A stretch of DNA of 32,000 bases from Psychrobacter sp. HD31 (lineage in GTDB: Bacteria > Pseudomonadota > Gammaproteobacteria > Pseudomonadales > Moraxellaceae): assembly GCF_051097895.1 (NCBI RefSeq), contig NZ_CP142525.1, positions 1,560,001 through 1,592,000 on the forward strand. Reading direction: 5' to 3'. The position numbers and the translations under genes are program-made. Below the pieces are notes generated by a model. The model saw only the letters and a list, made by a program, of their open reading frames with translations. It was not told where the DNA came from and did no database searches. Positions 1 through 11,435 of the stretch are shown piece by piece. Position 1 is the stretch's first letter. Each line of letters opens with the position of its first letter.

Positions 1-138
1 ACTAGGTAGATTCCTAAGTATTACTCACCCGTCCGCCGCTAATCGGGTCTAGCAAGCTAGACCTTCATCGCTCGACTTGCATGTGTTAAGCCTGCCGCCA
101 GCGTTCAATCTGAGCCATGATCAAACTCTTCAGTTTAA
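1..138 (-). rRNA. rrs: 16S ribosomal RNA, 5' end only (gene continues off the left edge)
   Basis: The reverse complement of 1-138 reads AAACTGAAGAGTTTGATCATGGCTCAGATTGAACGCTGGCGGCAGGCTTAACACATGCAAGTCGAGCG..., the universally conserved 5' start of bacterial 16S (27F region). The 5' boundary is placed by analogy with E. coli AAATTGAAGAGTTTGATC, +/- a few nt. Confidence 0.93.
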
Positions 139-405
139 TCTTTGTTGAGACCTTTTAAGATGGTCCCTAATCTTGGCTCATTCGTACTTTACTAGCATAT
201 TTACTTAAGTATGTTCGTATATGAATTAACTTTGAGTATTTCTACTAATTTCGTCGAATGATTATCTTTTTAAAGTCATTCTAAATTAGCAAAAATCCAC
301 ACAAGTTGTTTTTTAAGTTTGTTTTTAATGAGTTAGATTACCTTCGTCAGGTTAATCTTTACCCCCTTTGTCTTCAACGTATGCTGTGCGACTCAGGGAA
401 GGCAT

Positions 406-433
406 ATTATATAGTGTTTATCTCTCGTGTCAA
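406..433 (-). promoter_or_regulatory. rrn promoter P2 (proximal): TTGACA-16 nt-TATAAT
   Basis: Minus strand has -35 TTGACA (433-428), a 16-nt spacer and -10 TATAAT (411-406). An A-rich tract lies upstream of the -35 (GTAAAAAAGTG). It sits ~260 nt upstream of the mature 16S end. Confidence 0.6.
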
Positions 434-560
434 CACTTTTTTACGCCTTTTTAAAGTTTTTTCGCTTCGCTTTTCTTTGTTTTAAGCTTAACTCAATTTC
501 ACTTTAATTTACGCTACAAAACTTCGCTTTGTCAGCTCTGCCCCGTTTGCGTGAGGGCGT

Positions 561-588
561 ATTATACGCAGTTTTTTTAGGTTGGCAA
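561..588 (-). promoter_or_regulatory. rrn promoter P1 (distal): TTGCCA-16 nt-TATAAT
   Basis: Minus strand has -35 TTGCCA (588-583), a 16-nt spacer and -10 TATAAT (566-561), followed by the GC-rich ACGCCCTCAC (discriminator-like). The upstream TCTTTAAAAAACCCC tract is UP-element-like. Confidence 0.6.
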
Positions 589-794
589 GGGGTTTTTTAA
601 AGATTTGTGAAATTTGCTTGTAAGGGGCTGGTTTGAAAGGGGTTTTTGGGTTCAAAGAAGTTAGGCTAAGTTAGTATCGTTCGAGTGTTTTGTTTTCAAT
701 GATAGTTGATTTTTTATAGGGTTAACGTTCACATAAAAGGCGAGCGGTAGCGAGCCCAGCCCACGTTTTTTTGTGGGCAATTTTAATGTGTTTG

Positions 795-1169
795 TTATAA
801 GGCAATTATTTCTACACCTCGAATTGAAATATATAAAAAACCAAAAATAAAAGCGCCTAGTGATAGAAACCTAGAGACATAGGATAATATTTTATTTCTC
901 TCTACCCCTGCATCTTGGTTTGATGCTTTAAGAGTGTTGACTCTATATCTAAAATAATTGACAAGAACACCGGAAACCAAACCTAAGCAAAAAAACCTAA
1001 GCCCATAAAATGAGACAATTGCAAGTTCAATATTACTGTCAATAACTGCTTGAGCAAAACCAAGTAAAGCAATAATTGCCCCTGAATTTATTAGAATAAG
1101 ACTTTGAACAAATTTATGTTCAATATCGACTCTTGCTTGATATTTAGCATCCTCAGAAATTGCCATCAT
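795..1169 (-). CDS. hypothetical small membrane protein (about 3 TM segments)
   Basis: 124-aa ORF with three hydrophobic stretches: LILINSGAIIALLGFAQAV, IVSFYGLRFFCLGLVSGVLV and FLSLGAFIFGFLYISI. No family recognised. Confidence 0.5.
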   Translation of the reverse strand: MMAISEDAKYQARVDIEHKFVQSLILINSGAIIALLGFAQAVIDSNIELAIVSFYGLRFFCLGLVSGVLVNYFRYRVNTLKASNQDAGVERNKILSYVSRFLSLGAFIFGFLYISIRGVEIIAL

Positions 1170-1387
1170 TTTCCCAACTTATCGACTCATAACAATTTAT
1201 TACCTTGCCAGACTAGCATTGATATCAAACTTTAACAATATAAACATAGCAATAAAGCTCTTTTATTGCATATATTTATCATAATAGTTGTAGGGTAGGT
1301 TAGCAAAGCGTAACTCACATTTCTAATTGTAAACAGAAACAAACAATTACATAACCACACTCTACCACATATTTTTAACCTCGCCAT

Positions 1388-1543
1388 GGTGCGGTTTAGC
1401 CCTGATGGTAGCGGTATTGAAATTTAAGCTGTGGCGATTGCGAACAAGGTTAAGGGTGGTTGCTTGGATAATGAAACACCTTTAACCACAATGAGCAACG
1501 CCACAGACAAATTGAAATAATAGCGGACAGCAGGATTGGCTAC
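1388..1543. repeat. ~155-bp long-hairpin dispersed repeat, copy 1 (MITE/ERIC-like)
   Basis: About 93% identical by hand alignment to the reverse complement of 28162-28316 (about 11 differences including one 1-nt indel). Nested inverted repeats are CTGTGGCG 1429-1436 / CGCCACAG 1499-1506 and GGTTAAGGGTG 1448-1458 / CACCTTTAACC 1477-1487. Confidence 0.8.
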
Positions 1544-2238
1544 GTTAGTACCACATCTGCAAACACAAAACCACCACGCTCTACAATTTCGCCAGTAGTT
1601 ATATTTAGCGGCTCATAAAAGCAAGGGGCATCATATACAAAAGTATGAAACTCACCATTTTCTCCGCAGGGGTCAATAGGGTTTGCCAAAGTGCTTAAAT
1701 CGGTTAAAAAAGCTTGATTGTAATCTCTGCCACAAAAGTTATGAGGTAATTTTTTAGGGTCTATACAGGTTGTAACCGCTTTTACGCCATTGTCTACCAA
1801 TGTTTGCGATAATTGTTTGGTGTCCATCCCCCAAAGTGGAAATATGGGTTTAAGCCCCGTACCTTTTAGCTGTTTGATGCGGTAATCCCTGACATCTTGT
1901 AAAAATAAGTCACCAAAGGCAATTTGCTCAATCCCTCGCGCCACCAACTCTTTAAAATAGTCATCCATTATTTTTTGATAATCATCATTACTGCAAGGAA
2001 ATGGCAAAGAGATAATATCTAACGGTAATGGTTGTTTTTGTGTGCCCGCAACTTTAGCTTGTTGTTTGAGCAACTCTACCCGTACGGCATGCATGGCAAC
2101 ACGTTGAAACGCTTCGTTAATACTAGAAAACAGCCCAACCAGCTCTATGTTTGGATCTTGTTTTAACTTATGTAAAGTCCATGCACTATCTTTGCCTGTG
2201 CTCCATGATAGTATAGTTTTTTGTTTTTTCATAAACAC
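1540..2238 (-). CDS. ATP pyrophosphatase of the MJ0570/Dph6 (adenine nucleotide alpha-hydrolase) family
   Basis: Has a PP-loop-like SWSTGKDS near the N-terminus and GENGEFHTFV near the C-terminus, both signatures of this family. The ATG at 2232 (MKKQK) is an alternative start. The stop codon lies inside the last bases of the 155-bp repeat. Confidence 0.65.
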   Translation of the reverse strand: MFMKKQKTILSWSTGKDSAWTLHKLKQDPNIELVGLFSSINEAFQRVAMHAVRVELLKQQAKVAGTQKQPLPLDIISLPFPCSNDDYQKIMDDYFKELVARGIEQIAFGDLFLQDVRDYRIKQLKGTGLKPIFPLWGMDTKQLSQTLVDNGVKAVTTCIDPKKLPHNFCGRDYNQAFLTDLSTLANPIDPCGENGEFHTFVYDAPCFYEPLNITTGEIVERGGFVFADVVLT

Positions 2239-2418
2239 TTATTTTATGTAATCTAATAAATAACAAACTTACTGATTTACTAAAAAAAGTAGTTGCATAG
2301 AACTACTTTTTCTTAAATAACAGTATTTACAACATCTATCCAGTCAGCCGTTATATCAAAAGTTAGTAACTTTTAGTAGGATTGGCATATAAATAAAGTA
2401 AAAGTCACTATTTTTAGC

Positions 2419-3003
2419 TTATTTACACTTTACTTTACTTAACATCTGCTGTGCTTGTATGATGAACTCTGTTTTTTGTTTATCCAATGAATGCGCTATA
2501 GCATTAATTTGGGCACTTACTTCTTCTGTTGGCTGATAATTTTCAGCATAAGTAACACTGACTAAAGCACAATTATTTCGTAAAGCATATGCCGTATTAG
2601 ACTCAATACTATTGTATCTTGAATCATTTATTAGCGGTGGATACACCATTTGCCAAGCCAATGAATTATCTGTTAACTGCGTTTTTGCATAAGGCAAATT
2701 TTCTATTTTAAATTTTTCTCTTAAAATATTGTCAAGCTGTTTGAAGTTTCTATTTTCTGCATAATGTATTGTAATTAATTTAGACCAATCAAAATCTTTT
2801 TCATTTGCCAAATAGTACTCTGTAAAACTAGGCGTCAAGTTTTTTTGCCTATACGTTTGACCATTGTATGTTATCGAATTTGGTATATTTACTGGCATAA
2901 TTTTTTTTACGCCAATGTTTTCTGTATGATTGGTACCGCCTGTGCTGCATGCTGATAAACCTAACACTGCTATGGCTGCAATTATTGATATAAACATTTT
3001 CAT
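2419..3003 (-). CDS. hypothetical lipoprotein
   Basis: 194-aa ORF. The N-terminus MKMFISIIAAIAVLGLSAC has a signal peptide plus lipobox (L-S-A-C). No recognisable catalytic motif. Confidence 0.6.
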   Translation of the reverse strand: MKMFISIIAAIAVLGLSACSTGGTNHTENIGVKKIMPVNIPNSITYNGQTYRQKNLTPSFTEYYLANEKDFDWSKLITIHYAENRNFKQLDNILREKFKIENLPYAKTQLTDNSLAWQMVYPPLINDSRYNSIESNTAYALRNNCALVSVTYAENYQPTEEVSAQINAIAHSLDKQKTEFIIQAQQMLSKVKCK

Positions 3004-3144
3004 AACAACTCCCTTTTATATACGCTGTAACTGAAGTACTATTTTTATTCTAATCCTGTTTAATAAATAATACTATCATTTTTATTTAGCATACTGTTAC
3101 CGTATGATATGAATAGAATCACAATAAAAACAGAGGATTAAGAA

Positions 3145-3186
3145 AAATAAAAAAACGAGTTATAAAACTTACGTTTTTTAACTCGC
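3145..3186 (-). terminator. putative rho-independent terminator downstream of gyrB
   Basis: Minus strand has stem CGAGTTA / TAACTCG (3185-3179 and 3162-3156), followed by a T-run (complement of the plus-strand A-run 3145-3155). Confidence 0.45.
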
Positions 3187-3244
3187 TCTATCTTAATTGG
3201 AATCTATTCTTTCCTAATCCCTTAGGTAGGAAAGAAAAATGTAG

Positions 3245-5758
<2,514 letters not shown>

Positions 5759-5925
5759 TTAAAGTTGATTGACATTTTTATTAATTATCGCGTTAAGTCT
5801 TCTGCTTTATTTAATGCCAAAATTAACCCTAAAATTATAGCATTTTTTTGACAAATAGTCATTTTTATCAATGACAGGAGAAGGTCGGTTAATTAACATT
5901 TAAAAAATAAGCGTTACTGTTTATA

Positions 5926-7095
5926 TTAATTATTTTTTTCTATAACCCCTTGTTTCACATGAAACAATTTATAATCCTGCCAATAGTTTTTAACTAAAGG
6001 TAAAATGTCTTCTGTTAAACTTGTTAAAAACACTTGGCAATCTAACCCGCCAAGTGTGGTAAGCAAAACTTGAATGGCTTTTTCATCAAGCTCTGCAGTT
6101 ACATCATCCAAAAGAACAATAGGGACTGAACTTTCATAGTCTAATGTTTCATGTGAAACATCAATATTGGATTTTGATTTATCTTTTTGTAAAAGTGGCA
6201 ATTGTGATAATCTTAAAGCGGTTATTAATAACTTTTTTTCTCCTCGAGAAAGCACATTAGCTGCTTGATCTTTTACTTTATTTTTATTATCAATGTCAGA
6301 TTGCCAATGTACATGAATATCTGCACGGTGGCTCCCCACTCTGGTATAACCTTGTTGCAAATCTTGCAATAAGCGTTCTTCTAAAATTTTATCTAATGAT
6401 TGTGTAATATCAAAACCAGGTTGATAACTCACACTAATTTTTTTTGTGTAATGAGGTAACAGTTTTTCAATACTTTTTAAAAAGTACGGTTGCCATTCAT
6501 CAAAAACTTGTTGCCTATAATAATGAATTAACTCGGCATGCGCTGCTAGCCCTGCATCCCATGCTGCAATTTGTTGTTTTTGTAAATCAGTTAATATACG
6601 AGTTTGTTTTAAAAGACTATTACGCTGTTTAAGTAACCGTTGATAAGATAACCATTGCGCATAAAAATTTGGTTTCACATGAAACGCTAGCCAATCTAAT
6701 AATTGACGACGGCTCGCACTGCCTTGCTCCAAAACATCCATAGAAGATGGATCAATCAACAAGGTTGGCATATAACGTGTTAACTGGCTCTGCGTTTTTA
6801 CTGTATCACCATTAAAACGCAGCTGTGTAGTCGCATCTGTTTGTTTTTGAATCGCTAAGCGTATCTCATCATCAAAAACAGCAAACACTGTGGCAAAGTT
6901 ATTTTGATGCCGGATATAACGGCTTGGTTGATGGGTACGAAAGCTTTTACCACGAGATAATAAAAATATGGATTCGAGTAAAGAAGTTTTACCACTGCCA
7001 TTGTTGCCTATAATAATATTACAGCAACTGGTCGATAAATTAACTTGAGATAAATTGCGCAGATTTGTAATTTGTAAACGCTTAATCATGGACAT
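5926..7095 (-). CDS. recF: DNA replication/repair protein RecF
   Basis: Has Walker A GNNGSGKTS, the signature SRGEKKLL and Walker B LLDDVTAELD, and lies between dnaN and gyrB. The start is ambiguous: ATG at 7095 or 7089, while the ORF track begins at TTG 7104. Confidence 0.9.
   Translation of the reverse strand: MSMIKRLQITNLRNLSQVNLSTSCCNIIIGNNGSGKTSLLESIFLLSRGKSFRTHQPSRYIRHQNNFATVFAVFDDEIRLAIQKQTDATTQLRFNGDTVKTQSQLTRYMPTLLIDPSSMDVLEQGSASRRQLLDWLAFHVKPNFYAQWLSYQRLLKQRNSLLKQTRILTDLQKQQIAAWDAGLAAHAELIHYYRQQVFDEWQPYFLKSIEKLLPHYTKKISVSYQPGFDITQSLDKILEERLLQDLQQGYTRVGSHRADIHVHWQSDIDNKNKVKDQAANVLSRGEKKLLITALRLSQLPLLQKDKSKSNIDVSHETLDYESSVPIVLLDDVTAELDEKAIQVLLTTLGGLDCQVFLTSLTEDILPLVKNYWQDYKLFHVKQGVIEKNN
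5952..5965. repeat. 14-mer GTTTCACATGAAAC, copy 1
   Basis: Inside recF (codons FHVK). Palindrome extends to TTGTTTCACATGAAACAA. Confidence 0.95.
6146..6159. repeat. 14-mer, copy 2 (GTTTCATGTGAAAC on + strand)
   Basis: Inside recF (codons VSHET), in a segment absent from shorter RecF proteins. Palindrome extends to ATGTTTCATGTGAAACAT. Confidence 0.95.
6672..6685. repeat. 14-mer GTTTCACATGAAAC, copy 3
   Basis: Inside recF (codons FHVK). Confidence 0.95.
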
Positions 7096-7155
7096 AAACC
7101 CCAAAAAACACCATTAAAAAAACGCTTAAAAAATACAAAATGTGCATGTTTAAAA

Positions 7156-8331
7156 CTATATACGCATTGGCATAACAACATATTGATGTAGTTCATCACC
7201 ATGTTGATTTAGGAGGGTTGACGCATTAGCTTGGCTCATTTGTAATACCACATTACCCTCTAGCACATCTAACACATCTTGCAAATATTGCGCATTAAAA
7301 GATAACTCAATTGGATCGCCAGAATATTGAGATTGCAGTTTTTCAACCGCTTCATCTTGTTCTGCATTATTAGCACGCAATTCAATCATGCCTTCCGCAT
7401 CAAAATTTAAAATAACACCGCGAGATTTTTCATTACTTAAGATAGAAACTCGACGCAATACTTCTGTCATTTGTTCTTTATTAATTAGGGCTTGTTTATC
7501 ACTACTCGATGGCATAACACGGCGATAATCTGGGAACTTACCATCAATCAAACGAGCGGTAAAAGTAACTTGTAAGCTATCATCAATAACACCAGTGCTA
7601 TCAACATTGCCAAACGGCAATACTACTTGCAAAAATTCACGCCCAAATTTTAAGGTGATAGGGTTATCATTATCATTTAATAGTTTACCGAGTTCATTAA
7701 GTAAACGATCCAACTCAACAACTGCTTTACGTGGCAAAATCGCTTGCATGTTCAAATCATCATCTACCTCAATGGCACTTTTTGATAAAGCAAGACGATG
7801 ACCATCGGTCGCAACCGTGGTTAACAAACGTTGAGATACTTCAAACAACATGCCTGTTAAATAATAGCGTACATCTTGTATTGCCATAGCAAACTGCGTT
7901 TTGCTTATCATATCTGATAACTGAGCACGGTTAATTGTTAATGGCGTAATGTTCTCTGGCTCACCAAGTGTTGGGTAATCTGCTGATGGCAAAGTCCCTA
8001 AAGTGAACTTACTTTTATCACTTGTTATTAAGCAGCGGCTATTATCACTTGTGGTTAAATTAATTTGAGCATTACTGGGTAAAAGTTTACAAATATCACG
8101 CAATTTATCAGAAGGCAGTGTTATTGAGCCTTCTTCTAAACAAGCACCTTCTGGTAATGCCAATTTTGACATTAGTTCCACTTCTAAATCTGAAGCGGTC
8201 ATATACAAGTGAGTTTGAGTAAGCTTTAGCTTTATATTACCCAAAATTACCATGTTGTGGCGCTTATCTGCCGCTTTTGCAATCAGATTAATGGCTTTTA
8301 ACAATAACTCACGATTGATTGATAATTGCAT
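7156..8331 (-). CDS. dnaN: DNA polymerase III beta sliding clamp
   Basis: 391 aa. N-terminal MQLSINRELLLKAI and C-terminal YVVMPMRI are typical of beta clamps. Position is immediately downstream of dnaA. Confidence 0.93.
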   Translation of the reverse strand: MQLSINRELLLKAINLIAKAADKRHNMVILGNIKLKLTQTHLYMTASDLEVELMSKLALPEGACLEEGSITLPSDKLRDICKLLPSNAQINLTTSDNSRCLITSDKSKFTLGTLPSADYPTLGEPENITPLTINRAQLSDMISKTQFAMAIQDVRYYLTGMLFEVSQRLLTTVATDGHRLALSKSAIEVDDDLNMQAILPRKAVVELDRLLNELGKLLNDNDNPITLKFGREFLQVVLPFGNVDSTGVIDDSLQVTFTARLIDGKFPDYRRVMPSSSDKQALINKEQMTEVLRRVSILSNEKSRGVILNFDAEGMIELRANNAEQDEAVEKLQSQYSGDPIELSFNAQYLQDVLDVLEGNVVLQMSQANASTLLNQHGDELHQYVVMPMRI

Positions 8332-8427
8332 AGTTATACTCTTTCTAGGCTTTTTTATTTAATAAATAAATGCTAAAACATTAAACAAGCCTAGTATAAC
8401 CAACTTTGTATGTTTTAACAAAGGCTA

Positions 8428-9792
8428 TTAGCCAGCTTGTAGCATCATTGCCAGTGCTTTATATTCTTTATCTAAAATTAAGTCTTCAGCTCTTAATTGT
8501 TTGACTTTGTCACAAGCATGCATCACGGTAGAATGATCTCGACCACCAAATGATTGCCCTATTTCTGGATAGCTGTCACCCGTTAATTCTCTTGCTAATG
8601 CCATCGCAATTTGACGAGGACGGGCAATGCTGCGTGTGCGTTTTTTACCCATTAAATCTTTAACCGACACATCATAAAACTCTGCCACCACTTTACGGAT
8701 GTTATCCATATTTACAGACTGAAAACGCTGTACAATAATGTCTCTAAGCGCATATTGCACCATTTGTAAATCAATGGTTACACCCGTTAAACTTGCATTA
8801 GCTATCACTTGGTTAAGTGCACCTTCTAGCCTACGTACATTAGACACAACATTTTGTGCAATAAATAAAGCACAATCTTTGGGCAGCTCAATACCAGATA
8901 ACGATGCTTTTTTTTGTAAAATTTGTACACGGGTATCCAGCTCAGGTGGATCAATTGCAACAGACAAACCACCTGATAACCGTGAACGGAATCTTTCATC
9001 AAACTCATCTAACTGAGCTGGGTGTCTGTCTGAGGCTAAAATTATTTGTTTATCGCCGCTAGTAAAGTCTGCAAATAACGATAAAAATTCAGTAATTGTT
9101 TTTGTTTTACCTGCAAGCACATGAATATCATCAATAATTAACAAATCCACTTGCTTAATTTTCTTTTTAAATTCATCAATTTTCTTTTGGCGTAACGAAT
9201 TAACCATCTGATTAACAAACTTATCAGAAGTAAAATAATAAAAAGTACGATTGGATTTTAAATATCTATGGGCAACCGAGTGCATTAAATGCGTTTTACC
9301 TAAACCAGACGGTCCATAAATAAACAAAGGATTATGACGATTTTGAGGGTTTTTCTTTGTTAGTTCATAACAGGCTTTATAAGCTAAATTGTTAGATTTA
9401 CCAGTGACAAAGGTATCAAAAGTAAAATTTGGATCAATGATATTTAAAGCTTTTGATTTTTTATTACTTAAAACAACACTACTTTCTTGGCTCGTTGGTT
9501 GGTTAGAAACGCTATCAGAAACAGCCGTCGATACACGATCTTTTTGTATATCAATTTCAATATTAACAGCATCTATTTGATTAGCACTGTGCTTAATCGC
9601 TAATTGTGTAATCGTTTCTAAAAAGTTATCTGTAACGTAATTAACAAAAATATCATTAGGGGCTTTTACAATTAAAATATTGTTATCTACTTCTGCCGTT
9701 AAAGGGCGTAACCACATTGTGAAAATACTACCTTTAACTTGATACTCTAAATCATCTAAGCATTTTTTCCAAAGAGCGACCGCATCAACCAT
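8428..9792 (-). CDS. dnaA: chromosomal replication initiator DnaA
   Basis: 454 aa. Has AAA+ Walker A GPSGLGKTHL, Walker B LLIIDDIH and C-terminal DNA-binding region SYPEIGQSFGGRDHSTVMHA. Confidence 0.97.
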   Translation of the reverse strand: MVDAVALWKKCLDDLEYQVKGSIFTMWLRPLTAEVDNNILIVKAPNDIFVNYVTDNFLETITQLAIKHSANQIDAVNIEIDIQKDRVSTAVSDSVSNQPTSQESSVVLSNKKSKALNIIDPNFTFDTFVTGKSNNLAYKACYELTKKNPQNRHNPLFIYGPSGLGKTHLMHSVAHRYLKSNRTFYYFTSDKFVNQMVNSLRQKKIDEFKKKIKQVDLLIIDDIHVLAGKTKTITEFLSLFADFTSGDKQIILASDRHPAQLDEFDERFRSRLSGGLSVAIDPPELDTRVQILQKKASLSGIELPKDCALFIAQNVVSNVRRLEGALNQVIANASLTGVTIDLQMVQYALRDIIVQRFQSVNMDNIRKVVAEFYDVSVKDLMGKKRTRSIARPRQIAMALARELTGDSYPEIGQSFGGRDHSTVMHACDKVKQLRAEDLILDKEYKALAMMLQAG

Positions 9793-10450
<658 letters not shown>

Positions 10451-10474
10451 TATAATGATTAATTTAATCATTTG

Positions 10475-10506
10475 AAAGCGTCAAATTAAATTTGACGCTT
10501 TTTTTA
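10475..10506 (+). terminator. rho-independent terminator/attenuator after rpmH
   Basis: AAAGCGTCAAATT (10475-10487) pairs with AATTTGACGCTTT (10489-10501), followed by a T-run to 10505. Confidence 0.7.
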
Positions 10507-10586
10507 TGTTTAATTAATAAAAGTTTAATATTTAAAATTCATCAGCTAAAATATAGCAATTATTAATAAAAGGTTTTTAGATAGTA

Positions 10587-10949
10587 ATGACTCATAATGG
10601 CTATAGCTACCCTAAAACAGCAAGATTGTTAACTCCAAAACAGTTTAAAAATGTTTTTGACTCTCCAGATAAAAAAATACATCAACCACATTTAATGGCC
10701 TTTATTAAAAAAAATGAACTTAACAATGCCAGATTAGGGATGGCTATTACAAAAAAGAAAGTACCAACAGCAGTTGCTCGCAATCAGTTAAAAAGATTAA
10801 CGAGAGAAAACTTCAGAATGTTAAGTAGCGACTTAGGCACTGTTGATATTGTTTTTATTGTAAAAAAACCCATAAAAGATATTAGTAACAATGAGTTAAA
10901 AAAACAAATAAAGGTTATTTTTAACAAAATAATAAGCCATCAGGGTTGA
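10587..10949 (+). CDS. rnpA: ribonuclease P protein component
   Basis: 120 aa. Has the RNR motif region AVARNQLKRLTRENFR. Follows rpmH as in most bacteria. Confidence 0.9.
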   Translation: MTHNGYSYPKTARLLTPKQFKNVFDSPDKKIHQPHLMAFIKKNELNNARLGMAITKKKVPTAVARNQLKRLTRENFRMLSSDLGTVDIVFIVKKPIKDISNNELKKQIKVIFNKIISHQG

Positions 10950-10963
10950 TTGGTTATTTTTTA

Positions 10964-11326
10964 ATGAATAAAGAACTGACTCAGTCTAAATCTACGTTAT
11001 CTTCACGCTTGTTGAGTAAACTTATTAAAGGTTATCAGCAAGGTATTAGCCCATTAATGCCTGCGCGTTGTCGTTATTACCCTACTTGCTCTCAATATGG
11101 ATTACAAGCTTTGGCTTGGCATGGGTCGTTAAAAGGTGGTTGGTTATTAACCAAACGAGTTTGTAGTTGCCATCCTTTAGGTGGTCATGGTATTGATTTT
11201 GTGCCGTTACCACTTTATCGATTTAAATTTGAGTATGTTGATTTTAAAAATATAGATAGAAAACTGGTTTATAAAGATAAATTTGATTATACAAGTCAGT
11301 TAAATTTTTGGCTAAAATCTGCATAA
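10964..11326 (+). CDS. yidD: membrane protein insertion efficiency factor YidD
   Basis: Has the conserved YQQGISPLMPARCRYYPTCSQYGLQA and CHPLGGHGIDFVP. The ATG at 10964 is preferred over the TTG at 10946 used by the ORF track. A C-terminal ~35-aa extension is present relative to the usual ~85-aa proteins. Confidence 0.85.
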   Translation: MNKELTQSKSTLSSRLLSKLIKGYQQGISPLMPARCRYYPTCSQYGLQALAWHGSLKGGWLLTKRVCSCHPLGGHGIDFVPLPLYRFKFEYVDFKNIDRKLVYKDKFDYTSQLNFWLKSA

Positions 11327-11435
11327 ATGTGACATATATCATTATGTATATCAATTTACAACAAATTTTAGTAGAATATCACCCATTTTCTTTTAAAGAT
11401 TAATTCTTAATTTTTTAACCTTGTAGGATACTTTC

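Noticed and set aside
319-332. rrn leader boxA antiterminator (minus strand CTCATTAAAAACAA)
   Set aside because: It only loosely resembles the consensus TGCTCTTTAACAA, with extra A residues. It is not safe to call without comparing the other rrn leaders.
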